This document shows, one piece after another, positions 1 through 12,535 of a stretch of DNA of 47,286 bases (positions are counted from its first letter, which is position 1; every line of letters starts with the position of its first letter). The notes under the pieces are model-generated. The model saw nothing but the letters and a program-made list of their open reading frames with translations. It ran no database searches and was not told the origin of the DNA. The stretch comes from Octopus sinensis (lineage: Eukaryota). A program made the translations under genes and the position numbers. Location: contig NW_021834521.1 in assembly GCF_006345805.1 (NCBI RefSeq), positions 1 through 47,286 on the forward strand. The letters run 5' to 3'.

Positions 1-438
1 AAGATGATGGTGATGATAGTGGCGATGATGATGATGATGGCGATGAAGATGATGACGTTGGTGATGATGATGATGATGATGACGTTGATGATGATAAATG
101 ATGTAGATGAACTCCGTGGTCATGAACATTATCCTCATCATACTATAACGATCCTGATGGAGGTGAGGATGGTTCTGCTGCTGCAGATGATGATGTTGAT
201 GATGATCATGATGATGATGATGATGACGATGATGATCATGATGGTGGTGGTGGTGGTGGTGGTGGTGGTGATGATGATGATGATGATGATGGTAATGATG
301 ATGATGCTGATGATGGTGATGATGATGATGATGATGAGGATGATGATGACAAAAAGGATGGTGAGGAAGATGATAATAAGAAGTATCAGGAATAGGCGGA
401 GGAAGAAGATTAGCAAAGATGAGTAGAAGAGCCGGAGA

Positions 439-472
<34 letters not shown>

Positions 473-504
473 GGTAGTGGTTGTGGTTGTGGTGGTGGTG
501 GTGG

Positions 505-554
<50 letters not shown>

Positions 555-557
555 GTA

Positions 558-604
<47 letters not shown>

Positions 605-632
605 AATGATGATGATGATAATGATGATGGTA

Positions 633-663
<31 letters not shown>

Positions 664-800
664 CAAAAAGGATGGTGAGGAAGAGGATAATGAGAAGTAT
701 CAGGAATAGGCGGAGGAAGAAGATTAGCAAAAATGAGTAGAAGGAAGAGCCGGAGAAGGAGAAAAAAGAGGATAGAGATGATGATGATCATGATCATGAT
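1..800. repeat. Compound (GAT)n/(GGT)n microsatellite with an internally duplicated ~90-bp cassette
   Basis: Runs of gat/ggt; cassette gacaaaaaggatggtgaggaag...gagccggag occurs at ~349-437 and ~662-757. Confidence 0.95.
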
Positions 801-857
801 GACAATGAGAGTAGGAGGACAACATCAACACAGTCGACGAACACCACGACATGGTGT

Positions 858-861
858 AGAT

Positions 862-948
<87 letters not shown>

Positions 949-961
949 TAGATAGATAGAT
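858..961. repeat. (AGAT)n microsatellite
   Basis: Near-perfect AGAT tetranucleotide run. Confidence 0.97.
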
Positions 962-1033
962 ACTGAAATTTTTATGCATATATATACATACACAAGCACA
1001 CACACATACGCACGCACATATGTAGACTTACAG

Positions 1034-1281
1034 TGGAAGGGCGTAGTTTAGTGGTTAAGGTGTTGGACTCATGATCGTAAGATTGTGGTTTCGATTCCGG
1101 GAGCAGCCGACGCGTTGTGTTCTTTAGCAAAACACTTCATTTCACGTTGCTCAAGTCCACTCAGCAGGCAAAAATGAGTAATCCTGTGATGGACAGGCGT
1201 TCCATCCAGATGGGGTAATATATACGCATTTGTAACCGGAAACCGGCCCACATTGGTTTGGCATGGCTCAAGAAGGAAACA
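1034..1281 (+). mobile_element. tRNA-derived SINE (tail shared with 24212-24510)
   Basis: A box-like tagtttagtgg and B box-like gtttcgattcc; 3' end ...gcatggctcaagaaggaaac resembles the tail of the 24212-24510 SINE (gcgtggctcgagaaggaac). Confidence 0.8.
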
Positions 1282-1529
1282 TTCATGTTTTATATATATA
1301 TATATATATAGATAATATATATATAGTATATATATATTATATATATATATAATTATATATATATTATTTATTTTATATATATCTAACATATATATATATA
1401 TATAAGTGTGTAAAACTTCAGGTAATTATACACTAACTAGAAAATCGCCAGTCTACAGAGAATCTTTGGTGCATGACAACCATTGCTATAAATTATTATC
1501 TTTAATAATTTTTTCACTTAATATGCTTA

Positions 1530-1755
1530 GGAGGAGATCCCCTTCAGTCATGAATGACCCTGGGATTGCACCTAGAAAGTTACCCACCAAGGCACAAGTC
1601 AGGGCAAGGTTGTTTATGGAAGGCCAGCATGGAACCAGTGATGTCGCAAATCATGTCTTGCTCAAGGACACAAAACACAGGCCGGTTCAGGAATCGAACT
1701 CAGAACCACATGATTGTAAGCTCTATGCTCTAACCACTGTGCCAAGCGCCTTCAC
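1530..1755 (-). mobile_element. tRNA-derived SINE with 8-bp TSD
   Basis: Minus strand begins gtgaaggcgcttggcacagtggttagagc...gagttcgattcc (A/B boxes); direct repeat tatgctta at 1522-1529 and 1756-1763. Confidence 0.88.
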
Positions 1756-1801
1756 TATGCTTATAGTACATATATATATATATACATATATATATTATAT
1801 A

Positions 1802-1881
<80 letters not shown>

Positions 1882-2124
1882 CATATATACACACACATAC
1901 ACAAACACACAAACATATATATATATGTGTGTCTGTGTATGTATGTATGTATATACACATGTGTTTGCGTGTATATTTTACAAGCACGCATATTAACACA
2001 ATTTACCAATATGCATACAAAGAAAGCATAAAGAAATAGAGAAATAAGTAAAAGGTTTTGAAATGCAAGAAGAATGGATTAGATTTCTTACTCCAATACC
2101 TCCCCCGCGATGTACAGTGATGAT

Positions 2125-2143
2125 AGTAATAATAATAATAATA

Positions 2144-2209
<66 letters not shown>

Positions 2210-2302
2210 TACAATAATAATAATGATGATGATGATGATGATGAAAACGATGACGACGACGCCGATGACGATGACGATGACGACAACGACGACGACGACG
2301 AC

Positions 2303-2357
<55 letters not shown>

Positions 2358-2655
2358 GTGATGGTGGCGGCGGTGGTGGCGGTGGTGGTGGTGGTGGTAG
2401 TGTTGGTGGTGACGGCGACCACGACTATAATAATAAGACGAAGAAGAAGAAGAAGAAGAAGAAGAAGAAGACGAAGAAGAAGAAGAAGAAAAAGAAGAAG
2501 AAGAAGAAGAGGAAGACGAAGAAGAAGAAGAAGAAGAAGAAGAAGAAGAAGAAAAAGAAGAAGAAGAAGAAGCAACAACAACGACAACAGCAACAACAAC
2601 GATGATGATGGCGGAATAATAATTATCACATTAATAAAAATGAAACCCTATTGTT

Positions 2656-2720
<65 letters not shown>
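2125..2720. repeat. Compound trinucleotide microsatellite (AAT)(GAT/GAC)(GGT)(GAA)(CAA)(TAG)
   Basis: Consecutive pure trinucleotide blocks. Confidence 0.97.
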
Positions 2721-2721
<1 letters not shown>

Positions 2722-3019
2722 TAACACAACAAAGCACACCATGTGATCATTGAACCATTGGATTTTTGATGCGGCCAGTGATGCATGTTGGAATCGTTCG
2801 AATCGCTTGTAATATCATGTTTACGCTTTAGTAACAAATTTTTGCGTTACGGAATATTTCAACCATGAAATCTCTTGATAAACAGGTGCAAGTCTCGTCT
2901 TCTGAGCGACAGTTCCTGTTTGTGTGTATGTTTATATTATATATATATACACACATATGCACACACAAACACACTTACACACATATATGTGTGTGTGTTT
3001 GTGCGGGTTTGTGTGTGAA

Positions 3020-3063
<44 letters not shown>

Positions 3064-3201
3064 TATATATATATATATGTATATCATACATATATATAAA
3101 GATATATTTATATAAACACATACATGTACATTCACACATATACATACATACATATACATATATATATACTTATACATATCCATGTATAAATATTATACAT
3201 T

Positions 3202-3251
<50 letters not shown>

Positions 3252-3455
3252 CTTATACATACATATATATACATATATATATATTATATATACATCAGCA
3301 TATTTATAGGAAATATATTTTAGTTGTAGAGTATTTTAACAGAAGTTACTCAAACGCTGAGATTTTCGTGCAAAGTAACTTATTTATCGATAATTAAAAT
3401 GTATTCGTTGTTTTAAGATTGAATGCGCGATATCAATACATATGTCATACATATA

Positions 3456-3542
<87 letters not shown>

Positions 3543-3949
3543 ATATATATATATATATGTTATGTATGCATATATATATATACCTGCACACACATACATA
3601 TTCATGCATTCATACATGTCCGATAGTACGTAGATATGTAGGGCGAAGTTTGCATTCTAGTTTAGCAAGTACATAAAGAGCTAGGAAAAACAAATTGTCA
3701 GAACATATAAAATGGAATGTAATCGTGTGTGTTCATAGAACAACGTGGATGTGTGAGCACGCACGTGCATACACCAGAAGCAGGAAATATATAGACTTCA
3801 GCATAATTTCCACACTTTAACAATCATTCAATATTTCGATTCGCTTTACGCCCCATTTCAGCACTATATTTTATGTGATATCAACAAATCTTAATTTGTT
3901 TATAAAGTAAAATTATTTATGTTAGTATGCCGTTGTGAAGAACGGCCAT

Positions 3950-3990
3950 GTATTGACGTTTCGGATACAAGTCCTTCTTCAAGGAGTAGA
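3950..3990 (-). ncRNA. Degenerate minimal hammerhead ribozyme-like motif (Penelope type)
   Basis: Minus strand: TTGAAGA-A-GGA cttgta TCC-GAAA-CG-T-C. Stem II GGA/TCC, palindromic ACGT stem III, C17; C3 reads T and stem I does not pair. Confidence 0.4.
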
Positions 3991-4136
3991 GGAATATATG
4001 ACACAGACTTTGGAATAGAAAAATAAACGTATGGAATGAAACCGAAAATGTCTCAAAAGTATTAGCAGCTTCATTAAATTCCTTTATTTCGAACAAGTTA
4101 GAAAATAATAAAATGTATATTTGCACAACTTTTTTT

Positions 4137-4350
4137 TGTCCGGGTGATATCAGTTGACTGATTTCGTGCTGTGGTAGAAACTTCAAACGTTTTTAGGGAA
4201 ACCCTGGGTACGTTTTTATCTTTCTTTATTTATGAAATTGGAAATTTATCTTTTTGATATAAAGGGAACTTAAACCCTCAACACACAGGTTTTTATTTGT
4301 ATACATTATCCCCCCCATTCACAGACATAGATTCATATACATACATCCAT

Positions 4351-4387
<37 letters not shown>

Positions 4388-4545
4388 CAACACACACACA
4401 CGAGTGTGTGTGTGATGTTGTTGGTGGTGTTAGTTGGTGTTGGAGATGGTGGTAGTGGAGTTGGTGTTGTTATTGTCGTCTCTGGTCAGTTTCATTGAGT
4501 AGTAGCAGTGGCTGTGGTAGTATTTTCTTGGCTGTGTTATTGGTT

Positions 4546-4589
<44 letters not shown>

Positions 4590-5124
4590 TGCTGTTGTTG
4601 TTGTTGTTGGCGTGTCAATATTATTGCTGTGGGTCAAGGCAGAGAGCTGGAGAATATTTAGCCTACCAGGCAAAATGCTCTGTAGCATTTCTTCCGTCCT
4701 TACGCTCTGAGAAAAAATACCACCGAGGTCGACTTTGTATTTCCTCCTTTTGTGGTAAATAAAACAAGTACCAGTTGTAAACTGAAGTCGAGAAAATCGA
4801 ATTAATTCCTCCTCAGAAACTGCTAAATTTGTGCCAAAATTTAAAAGCAAATATTATTGCTGTGAGTCAACGCAGCAAGCAGACGTAATCGTTACCGCAA
4901 CAGATAAAACGCTTTACAACATTTCGTCCATCTTTACGTTCTGTCCGGGGGATATCATTGGACTGCTTTCGTGCTCTGGTAGAAGCTTCAAACGTTTTTA
5001 GGGAAACCCTGGGCACGTTTTTATCTTTCCTTATTTATGGAATTAGAAATTTATCTTTTTGATATAAAGGGATTTTACTCAACACACCGGTTTTCACTGG
5101 TACCCCCCCCCCATTCACAGACAT
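4137..5124 (+). repeat. Non-tandem local duplication (4137-4328 vs 4942-5124)
   Basis: tgtccgg.gatatca...cattcacagacat present twice, mostly identical with small indels. Confidence 0.92.
4636..4848 (+). mobile_element. SINE family C (aaggcg/gagctgg head), diverged
   Basis: Matches the 26546 copy: ...ccgaggtcgacttt...aagtaccagtt...gtcga...ttgtgccaaaattt. Confidence 0.8.
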
Positions 5125-5225
5125 TCGTTTCGGGGTCGATAAAATAAGTATTACTTTCGCACTGGGGTCATTATAATCAACTTAAACCCTCTCTCGATAT
5201 TGCTGTCCTGCCGAAACTCGAAATC
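4865..5225 (+). mobile_element. SINE family C copy split by the 4942-5124 insert
   Basis: Head ...atttcgtccatctttacgttctg, then the insert, then ttcggggtcgataaaataagta...cactggggtc. Confidence 0.65.
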
Positions 5226-5724
5226 CGTATAATTATTGTGTTTTGTGATGCTGACGCTTTTACTATCATTACCATTGCCACAGCTTCCCTCACGACAGAG
5301 TGGCACATATAATGCTCCCCTATCGTCTCAATAACGCCAGCTGCCACCGTCGCCGCCGTCGCCGTCACCGCCGCCGCAGCTGCCGCGCCAGACTGCGCTA
5401 TAACCGCTATCACTACCACCTAATATATATTGCTACGACCAACACAACTATCACCACCACTACAACCAAAACTACCACCACCACCACTATTCTCTCCACC
5501 ATCATCACCGCCATCACCATCGCCTCTACCATCACCACCACCACCACCACATCACTTCAGCAATCATGATTACGTTCAGAATTGTTCTGGTCAAGCGAAC
5601 TTATGATCAAAACCATTCATGACGTGATCCTCACGCCTTTCCTCATTAAGCTTAATGTACCTTGGACTACATTCAGTAGTGTGACGTGTTACACTTTTTC
5701 GTTTTTATTTATTTATTTCTGCAT

Positions 5725-6135
5725 AGGCGTAGGAGTGGCTGTGTCGTAAGTAACTTGCTTACCAACCACATGGCTCCGGGTTTAGTCCCACTGCGTGGCA
5801 CCTTGGGCTAGTGTCTTCTACTATAACCTCTACTATAGACCAAAGCCTTGTGAGTGGATTTGGTAGACGGAAACTGAAAGAAGCCCGTCTTATATATGTA
5901 TATATATATGTGTGTATGTATGTGCGTGTGTATGTTTGTGTGTATGTGTTTGTCCCCTCAACATCGCTTGATAACCGATGCTGGTGTGTTTACGTCCCCG
6001 TCACTTGGCGGTTCGGCAAAAGACACCGATAGAATAAGTACTAGGCTTACAAAGAATAAGTCCTGGGGTCGATTTGCTCGACTAAATGCGCTGCTCCAAC
6101 ATGGCCACAGTCAAATGACTGAAACAAGTAAAAGA
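5725..6135 (+). mobile_element. Composite SINE: tRNA/CORE-like module A + microsatellite + module B
   Basis: aggcgtaggagtggctgtg...gggtttagtccc...ccttgggc; TA/TG linker; module B ...ctccaacatggccacagtcaaatgactgaaacaagtaaaag. Homologous to 25230, 29913, 45583. Confidence 0.92.
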
Positions 6136-6302
6136 GTAATATATTTTTTTCAGATGGGACTTTGCAGTGAGTTTAGTAAGACTTGGGTGTTAATTATTGT
6201 AACAGGGATGGGTTCCCTCATTGCCTTTTCAGTGTTCCGTTAAAAGCACCTTGCGAATCACATCAAGTATCGGCTCGTTTAGACAACATAATGGATATGG
6301 TA

Positions 6303-6325
6303 TCATTGTCATCATCTTCATCATC

Positions 6326-6356
<31 letters not shown>

Positions 6357-6380
6357 CAATCATCACCATCATCATCATCC

Positions 6381-6424
<44 letters not shown>

Positions 6425-6478
6425 TTCATCATCTTCATCATCATCATCATCATCATCATCAACATCATCAGCATCATC

Positions 6479-6509
<31 letters not shown>

Positions 6510-6960
6510 CCATCGTCATCCGCTTCATCATCCTCATCCTCACCACTGCCGCCGCTACCACCAACAACACCACCACTACCACTACCAGTACCACCCTCAT
6601 CACCAGTAACCACCACTACCACCATCACCATCATCATCATCAAAATTATCATCATCATCAGCAGCAGCAGCAGCGGCATCGTCATCATCATCAACATCAT
6701 CGTCGTCATCATTATCATCACCATCAACAAACATTTTATCATCAGCTTCATTATCATCGCCGTAGTCATCATCATCATCACCATCATCGTCATCATAAAA
6801 ATTAGAATATGAAGGATAGTAATGATAATAATTATTAATAATGATAATCATTATCATCATCATTATCCTCGTCGTCGTCGTCGTCATCAATGTCGTCGTC
6901 ATAGTTGTCGTCATCGTCATCATCATCATCATCATCATCATCAACACCGCCGCCACCAAC
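6303..6960. repeat. Degenerate (CAT)n/(CAC)n low-complexity array
   Basis: Long cat/cac/cgt runs; source of spurious ORFs. Confidence 0.95.
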
Positions 6961-7149
6961 AACATCCCCATTGTCCAATTGAAGTAAACTCTTCGTACCG
7001 TCATCCTCAGCCCATGAGCTTTTTTCTCATCACAAATCAAAATGGTATCTTCATTCTTGTGTCCAAACGCTTCCTACTTCTTCCATCTTCCGTGACAATC
7101 TATGCATGACCATCAATCAAGACACATCACATTTCCCCTATTTACTCAC

Positions 7150-7231
7150 CTGACCTGAACAAACCGTCGAGCTTTCTTTTCTGGCAAAGTAATTTATAAA
7201 CGCATTTCCTCCTTCACTTCGGATGGGTGGA
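7150..7231 (-). CDS. Candidate internal coding exon of an unidentified gene (82 nt; PPIRSEGGNAFINYFARKESSTVCSGQ)
   Basis: Minus strand acceptor atttcctctcgtaccctag| with a long pyrimidine tract upstream; consensus donor cag|gtgagt; one stop-free frame (phase 2 to 0). No homolog recognised. Confidence 0.4.
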
Positions 7232-7454
7232 CTAGGGTACGAGAGGAAATATATATATATATAAAAAAAAACAATAAAGAAGAAACAAAAACTTATAAAG
7301 AGCCATTATTGTGTTTGTAATTGTTGTGGCTGTTGTGGTTACGTTTGTTGTTGGGTACGAATATATTTGCCGTGGAGCGTTGAGGTTGCACCCCACAGAT
7401 ATAGCGCATAGGGTATTTGGGATCTTTGTCTTGTATTATAATCAACGTATTCAG

Positions 7455-7507
7455 TCATCACCATCATCATCATGATTAACATAATCGTAATCATCGTAAT
7501 CATCATT

Positions 7508-7550
<43 letters not shown>

Positions 7551-7689
7551 GCAGCAGCATCAGCATCATCAGCATCATCAGCATCACCATCATCAACATC
7601 ATCATCATTATTCTTATCATCATCTTTGTCATCCTCATCAACATCCGTCCCATCATCATCATTTTCATCCTACTCCTCCCCTCATCATC

Positions 7690-7742
<53 letters not shown>

Positions 7743-7881
7743 TCTCATCATCATCATTGTCATCCATATCCTCAACATCCTTCTCATCATCATCATCATC
7801 TTCGTCGTCCTCCTCTCCCTCATCATCATCATCATCATCATCGTCAGCATCATCGTCATCATCTTCATCATCATCATCATT

Positions 7882-7916
<35 letters not shown>

Positions 7917-8200
7917 TATCGTCATAATCAACATACACATCATTATCATCGTCATTGTCAGCAGCAGCATTACAATCATCATTATAAGCGGCACCACCAC
8001 CGCCGCCGCCGCCACTACCACCACCACCACCACCACTACCTCTACCACTACCGCCAACACTGCTATTATCCCAGTCGGCGTCGTTCTCATCATCGTCATC
8101 AACAAGAACAATAACAATGATAATAACGATGATGATGATGACGACGACACGACGACGACGACGATGATGATGATGATGATGATATCAGTGTGGTTGTAGT
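7455..8200. repeat. Degenerate (CAT)n/(CAC)n/(GAT)n array
   Basis: Trinucleotide low complexity. Confidence 0.95.
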
Positions 8201-8355
8201 TATAGCAATGATTATGCTGATGATAATCTTCATCACCCTCGTTTTCATTTCCATATTATCATCTTCATGATCACCACTATCACCACAACCTTCATCATAT
8301 TTATTATTGTTGTCGACATCAGTATATATATATATTTATATATATATTTATATAT

Positions 8356-8580
8356 ACTCTTTACTCTTTTTACTCTTTTACTTGCTTCAGTCATCTGACT
8401 GCGCCCATGCTGGAGCACCGCCTTTAGTCGAGCAGATCGACCCCGGGACTTATTCTTTGTAAGCCTAGTACTTCTTCTATCGGTGCTTTTTGCTGAACCG
8501 CTAAGATACGCGGACGTAAACACACCAGCATCGGTTGTCAAGTGATGTTGGGTGGACAAACACAGACACACAAACATACA

Positions 8581-8625
<45 letters not shown>
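8356..8625 (-). mobile_element. Composite SINE module B only, with (actctttt)x3 tail and (CA)n
   Basis: Reverse complement of module B: cttcagtcatctgactgcgcccatgctggagcaccgcctttagtcgag... Confidence 0.88.
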
Positions 8626-8626
<1 letters not shown>

Positions 8627-8659
8627 CCGGTTCTTTTGCTCAAATTATCTTATCTCCAG

Positions 8660-8850
8660 CTGCTTCAGCTGCCAAGATATAAAAAATTGTCGAAGTGTAG
8701 CACAACTTTTTGGCTATGGACTGACGAAATTATTTTTATATTTTCTGAAAAAGCAACGTGTTGGACATACGACACTTTTGCATAATTGCAACGATATATA
8801 TTCTTTAAGACTGTGACCCAAGTCTTGAAGAGTTTTTAGCAGAAAGAAGT
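8660..8850 (-). mobile_element. Possible decayed RTE/CR1-like RT remnant
   Basis: Minus translation ...KVVLHFDNFLYLGS* resembles the post-YADD F-x-YLGS motif; short and weak. Confidence 0.25.
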
Positions 8851-8882
8851 GGCTCCGGCGTTTGGTTTTGCAAATATTCTAT

Positions 8883-9034
8883 TGGTCTTTATTCTGTCGG
8901 TCTCTTATTCGATCGGGATTTTTGCCGAATCGCTATATTATAAAGACGTAAACACACCAACAGCAGTTGTCACGTGGTGGGCAAGGACAATCTCAGAAAC
9001 ACACAGAGGCACACATACAAAAACATATGTTTAT

Positions 9035-9093
<59 letters not shown>

Positions 9094-9232
9094 TACGACT
9101 GTCTTGCTTCTGTTTCTGTCTACTAAGTGCTTTTTCAAGGCCTTGGTCAGCTCGAGGCTACAGTAGACATGCAGTGAAACTGAACCCGAAACTACATGTT
9201 TGGAAAGTAGGCTTCTTACCACACAGTCACGT
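8883..9232 (-). mobile_element. Diverged composite SINE A+B with (AGAT)n linker
   Basis: Recognisable module B (gacgtaaacacacca) and module A (gaacccgaaactacatg...cttaccacacag) flanking an AGAT tract. Confidence 0.8.
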
Positions 9233-9271
9233 CAGTAGCTCTCTCTCACTTTCTATCTATCTATCTGTCTA

Positions 9272-9359
<88 letters not shown>

Positions 9360-9454
9360 CCTGCCTATCAATTTATCTATCAATATGTATCTATATCTCT
9401 CTCTCTTTCTCTCACACACTTTTTTCTTTCTTTCTCTCACACACTTTCTTTCTT

Positions 9455-9514
<60 letters not shown>

Positions 9515-9515
<1 letters not shown>

Positions 9516-9537
9516 TCCCATCTTAGGGGCTTCTGTA

Positions 9538-9588
<51 letters not shown>

Positions 9589-9620
9589 ATCCAAGGGGCT
9601 TCTGTACAAGATATATATAT

Positions 9621-9661
<41 letters not shown>

Positions 9662-9683
9662 ACAGAAGCCCCTCGGATGGGAT
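9515..9683. repeat. 25-bp cassette repeated twice direct and once inverted between (TA)n tracts
   Basis: atcccatcttaggggcttctgtaca (9515), atgccatccaaggggcttctgtacaa (9584), inverted ttgtacagaagcccctcggatgggat (9658). Confidence 0.92.
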
Positions 9684-10351
9684 GTGTCTGTATATCTAAG
9701 GTCCCGCTTCATTACGCTGTCTGTTGGATAATTACGTTGACGGGATACATGTACCTGGGCTACACAACCACTTCGCACGCTATTGTGATACACAGACACA
9801 CACACACACACACACATGTCTGTATTTAAATATGCATATATACGTATATATAGGTGTGCTTGTGTACATATATAGATATAGATATACATGTGTGGTTGTA
9901 TGCATGCATATGATACATTTCCCCCGAGCAATTAATGATTATATTACGAGTGATTTATATACATACTCATAGTAATTTAAACATATTCAATCGACTAATT
10001 TTATACATAAGTTTAACCCTAACTTAATCCTATCCTTCACGACGACATGAGCAGAGATCAGTGTCGGTGAATTATATTCTCCTTTTTGATCAATTTCGCT
10101 TCATTGACGCCATTTACTTCCAATTTCCTGTCGTCGTTAAACCGCTGGAAAGGAATGAACTCGTCACATTAGTTGAAGGTTTGGTATTTGTTGGTGATCA
10201 TCACACGCTCTTCATTAATGGCCACGGGATAATTCAGTGCAGATCATCTCATTTAAAGTGGCATTTATAACCACATAACTTGTACGCCATCATCATCAAC
10301 ACCACCATCATCATCATCGTCGTCGTCGTCATCATCATCATCATATTCATC

Positions 10352-10568
10352 AAGGAAGGTGGCGAATTCGTAAAACCGTTAGTAGATCAGACTCGGTACG
10401 TAGCGGCATTTTGTCCGTCTTTATGTTCTGAGCTCAAATTCCGCCGAGATCGACTTTACGTTTCATCCTTGTGGGCTAGATAAAACAAGTACCAGTTGCG
10501 CATTGGGGTCGATGTAATCGACTTCTTCCCACTCTCAAAAACTGCTGGCTCTGTGCCAAAAATTTAAG
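10352..10568 (+). mobile_element. SINE family C, diverged
   Basis: ttctgagctcaaattccgccgagatcgacttt...aagtaccagttgcgcattggggtcgatgtaatcgac. Confidence 0.85.
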
Positions 10569-10679
10569 CTACTATTATCGTTGCTGTCTTCTTCTTCTTC
10601 TTCTTCTTCTTCCAATCAGAACTCACGCCATTAGCCACAAAGAATAATCTCTAATTCGAGCCTACTCTAAGCTAGTAAG

Positions 10680-11088
10680 AATGTGTGTGGCAATTTGAAG
10701 ATCCACCCACCACGTGCGATAGACTGGCGGTTGCACGGGCGTGAAGCTACGTTGTCATCCTCATTCCGTAAACGGTGACTTTTAACGGGTGGAGAGCTTA
10801 ACCATCCTGTAGTACAGAGGATTCTCAATCTAGACTAGGGTCTGAAAGTTTACCACACCATAGTGGGTTACACCATGGTTCCTCTACTTTGTGGCGGAAG
10901 TAGGAAGAAAGAGTGAGAGAAAGTTGTGGTAAAAGAGTATGGCGGGGTTCACCACCATCCCCCGCCAGAGTTTTGTGGAGCTTAGGTGTTTTTGCTCAAT
11001 AAACACTCACAATTCCCGGTCTGGGAATCGAAACCGCGTTCTTACGACTGCAGGTCCGCTGCTCTAACCACTTGGGCCATTGTGCTTC
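10680..11088 (-). mobile_element. SINE family D (tRNA head) with a distinct 3' portion; 3' boundary uncertain
   Basis: 10890-11088 is the reverse complement of the head/body of 16260-16450; sequence beyond differs from both other D copies. Confidence 0.75.
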
Positions 11089-11444
11089 TGTTGTTGTCGT
11101 CGTCGTCGTCGTTGTTATTCATTTCTAACAATGTAGAAGTGTTTTTACAAGTTTCTCTTCGAAGCAACTATTTTACCAGAACAAACAGTACTTACAAAAT
11201 GTACTCATATCAGTAACTTAATATATTTTGATGGTTCTCCTTACAAAGGCTGAAAGAAAATTGAATAAGGTTTGTGCTTTATTTTGGGAGAAATTCTAAT
11301 TTTAATTTTGCCTCTGATGTCATTGACAAAACAAAAGGCCTTCAACATTTCACATTGTGCTTCTAAAAAGAAAACTGTATATGCATAAAATAATATATTT
11401 CTCACAAAGAAAACAAAGAGACAAGATGCAAATTTAATTGTAAT

Positions 11445-11634
11445 ACTCTTTTAATTATTTCAGTCATTTGACTGTAGCCATGCTGGAGCGCCGCCTTTAG
11501 TCGAGCAAATCGACCCCCAGGACTTATTCTTTGTAAGCCTGGTATTTCCATCGGTGTCTTTTGACACTAAGTTACGCGGACGTAAACACACCAGCATCAG
11601 TTGTCAAGCGATGTTTGGGGGGACAAATACAGAC

Positions 11635-11677
<43 letters not shown>

Positions 11678-11869
11678 ACGGGCTTCTTTCAGTTTCCGTC
11701 TACCAAATCTACTCACAATGCTTTGGTCGGCCCGAGGCTATAGTAGAAGACACTCGCCCAAGGTGCCACGTAGTGGAACTGAACCCGGAACCATGTGGTT
11801 AGTAAGCAATCTACTTACCACACAGCCGCTCCTACGCCTATACTTACTGCACAGTCACTCCTACGCCTA
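11445..11869 (-). mobile_element. Composite SINE A+B with tandemly duplicated 5' end
   Basis: Full A and B modules; tactta..cacag.c.ctcctacgccta occurs twice (11812-11840, 11841-11868). Confidence 0.9.
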
Positions 11870-12418
11870 ATACAAAATATTGATATGCACGAGCGAAAGG
11901 AAAGCAAGTTCATTTTAACTCAGCTATGTAGATATGTTGTCGTCCACAACTAAACAGGAGTATGCACACACGTATCTCTTAGGATATAAACGCAAGCAAT
12001 GGTAAACTGACTTTTATAAGTTCTTTTTTTTTTAAACAACAGGTAACCTCACGTTGTGAAGTATTGTCACGAGGTTGACTGTCTGAGGGTGAAATCTTGT
12101 AAAAGTCGTGAGTCAGTAAATGAAACAGCCTCTTTCTCGCTGCCAGGAGCGAACTACGAGATGCAAAAGAACTCCTTCGAGGAACAACCACCGAACACAA
12201 ATAGAGTAACCCAGCAAAGAAAACTACAGTACTTCCTAACTTTTGCCAGCCTCCCACAAGAAGTTACAGTCTAGTAAGCACTTAAGTACACACACGTGTA
12301 AACATAACACACATACAGTGAAATAATTTACTGTTCCGATATTGGTAGGATCAGCAAAAGTACAAAAGTAACACTCCATTCAGTGAGAGATAAATATCTT
12401 TCGATATACATAGAATTT

Positions 12419-12535
12419 AAGGCAGTGAGCAGGCAGAATCGTTAGCATACCAGGTAAAATGCTAAGCAGCATGTAATCGCCTTGTCTCCTCCTCTGACAT
12501 TGCCGATATTGCGCCAGAATTTGAAATCAATATAC
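12419..12535 (+). mobile_element. SINE family C, internally deleted remnant
   Basis: aaggcagtgagcaggcagaatcgttagc...aaatgctaagc head joined to tail gcgccagaatttgaaa. Confidence 0.7.

Noticed and set aside
3917-4186. 89-aa minus-strand ORF as a gene
   Set aside because: Non-ATG start, no splice support, no recognisable domain, and it overlaps a duplicated segment and a hammerhead-like motif.
11196-11249. Minus-strand 54-nt exon with strong acceptor and gtaagt donor
   Set aside because: It has stops in all three frames, and its internal ATG is out of phase with the 7150-7231 candidate. It could only be non-coding, which cannot be tested here.
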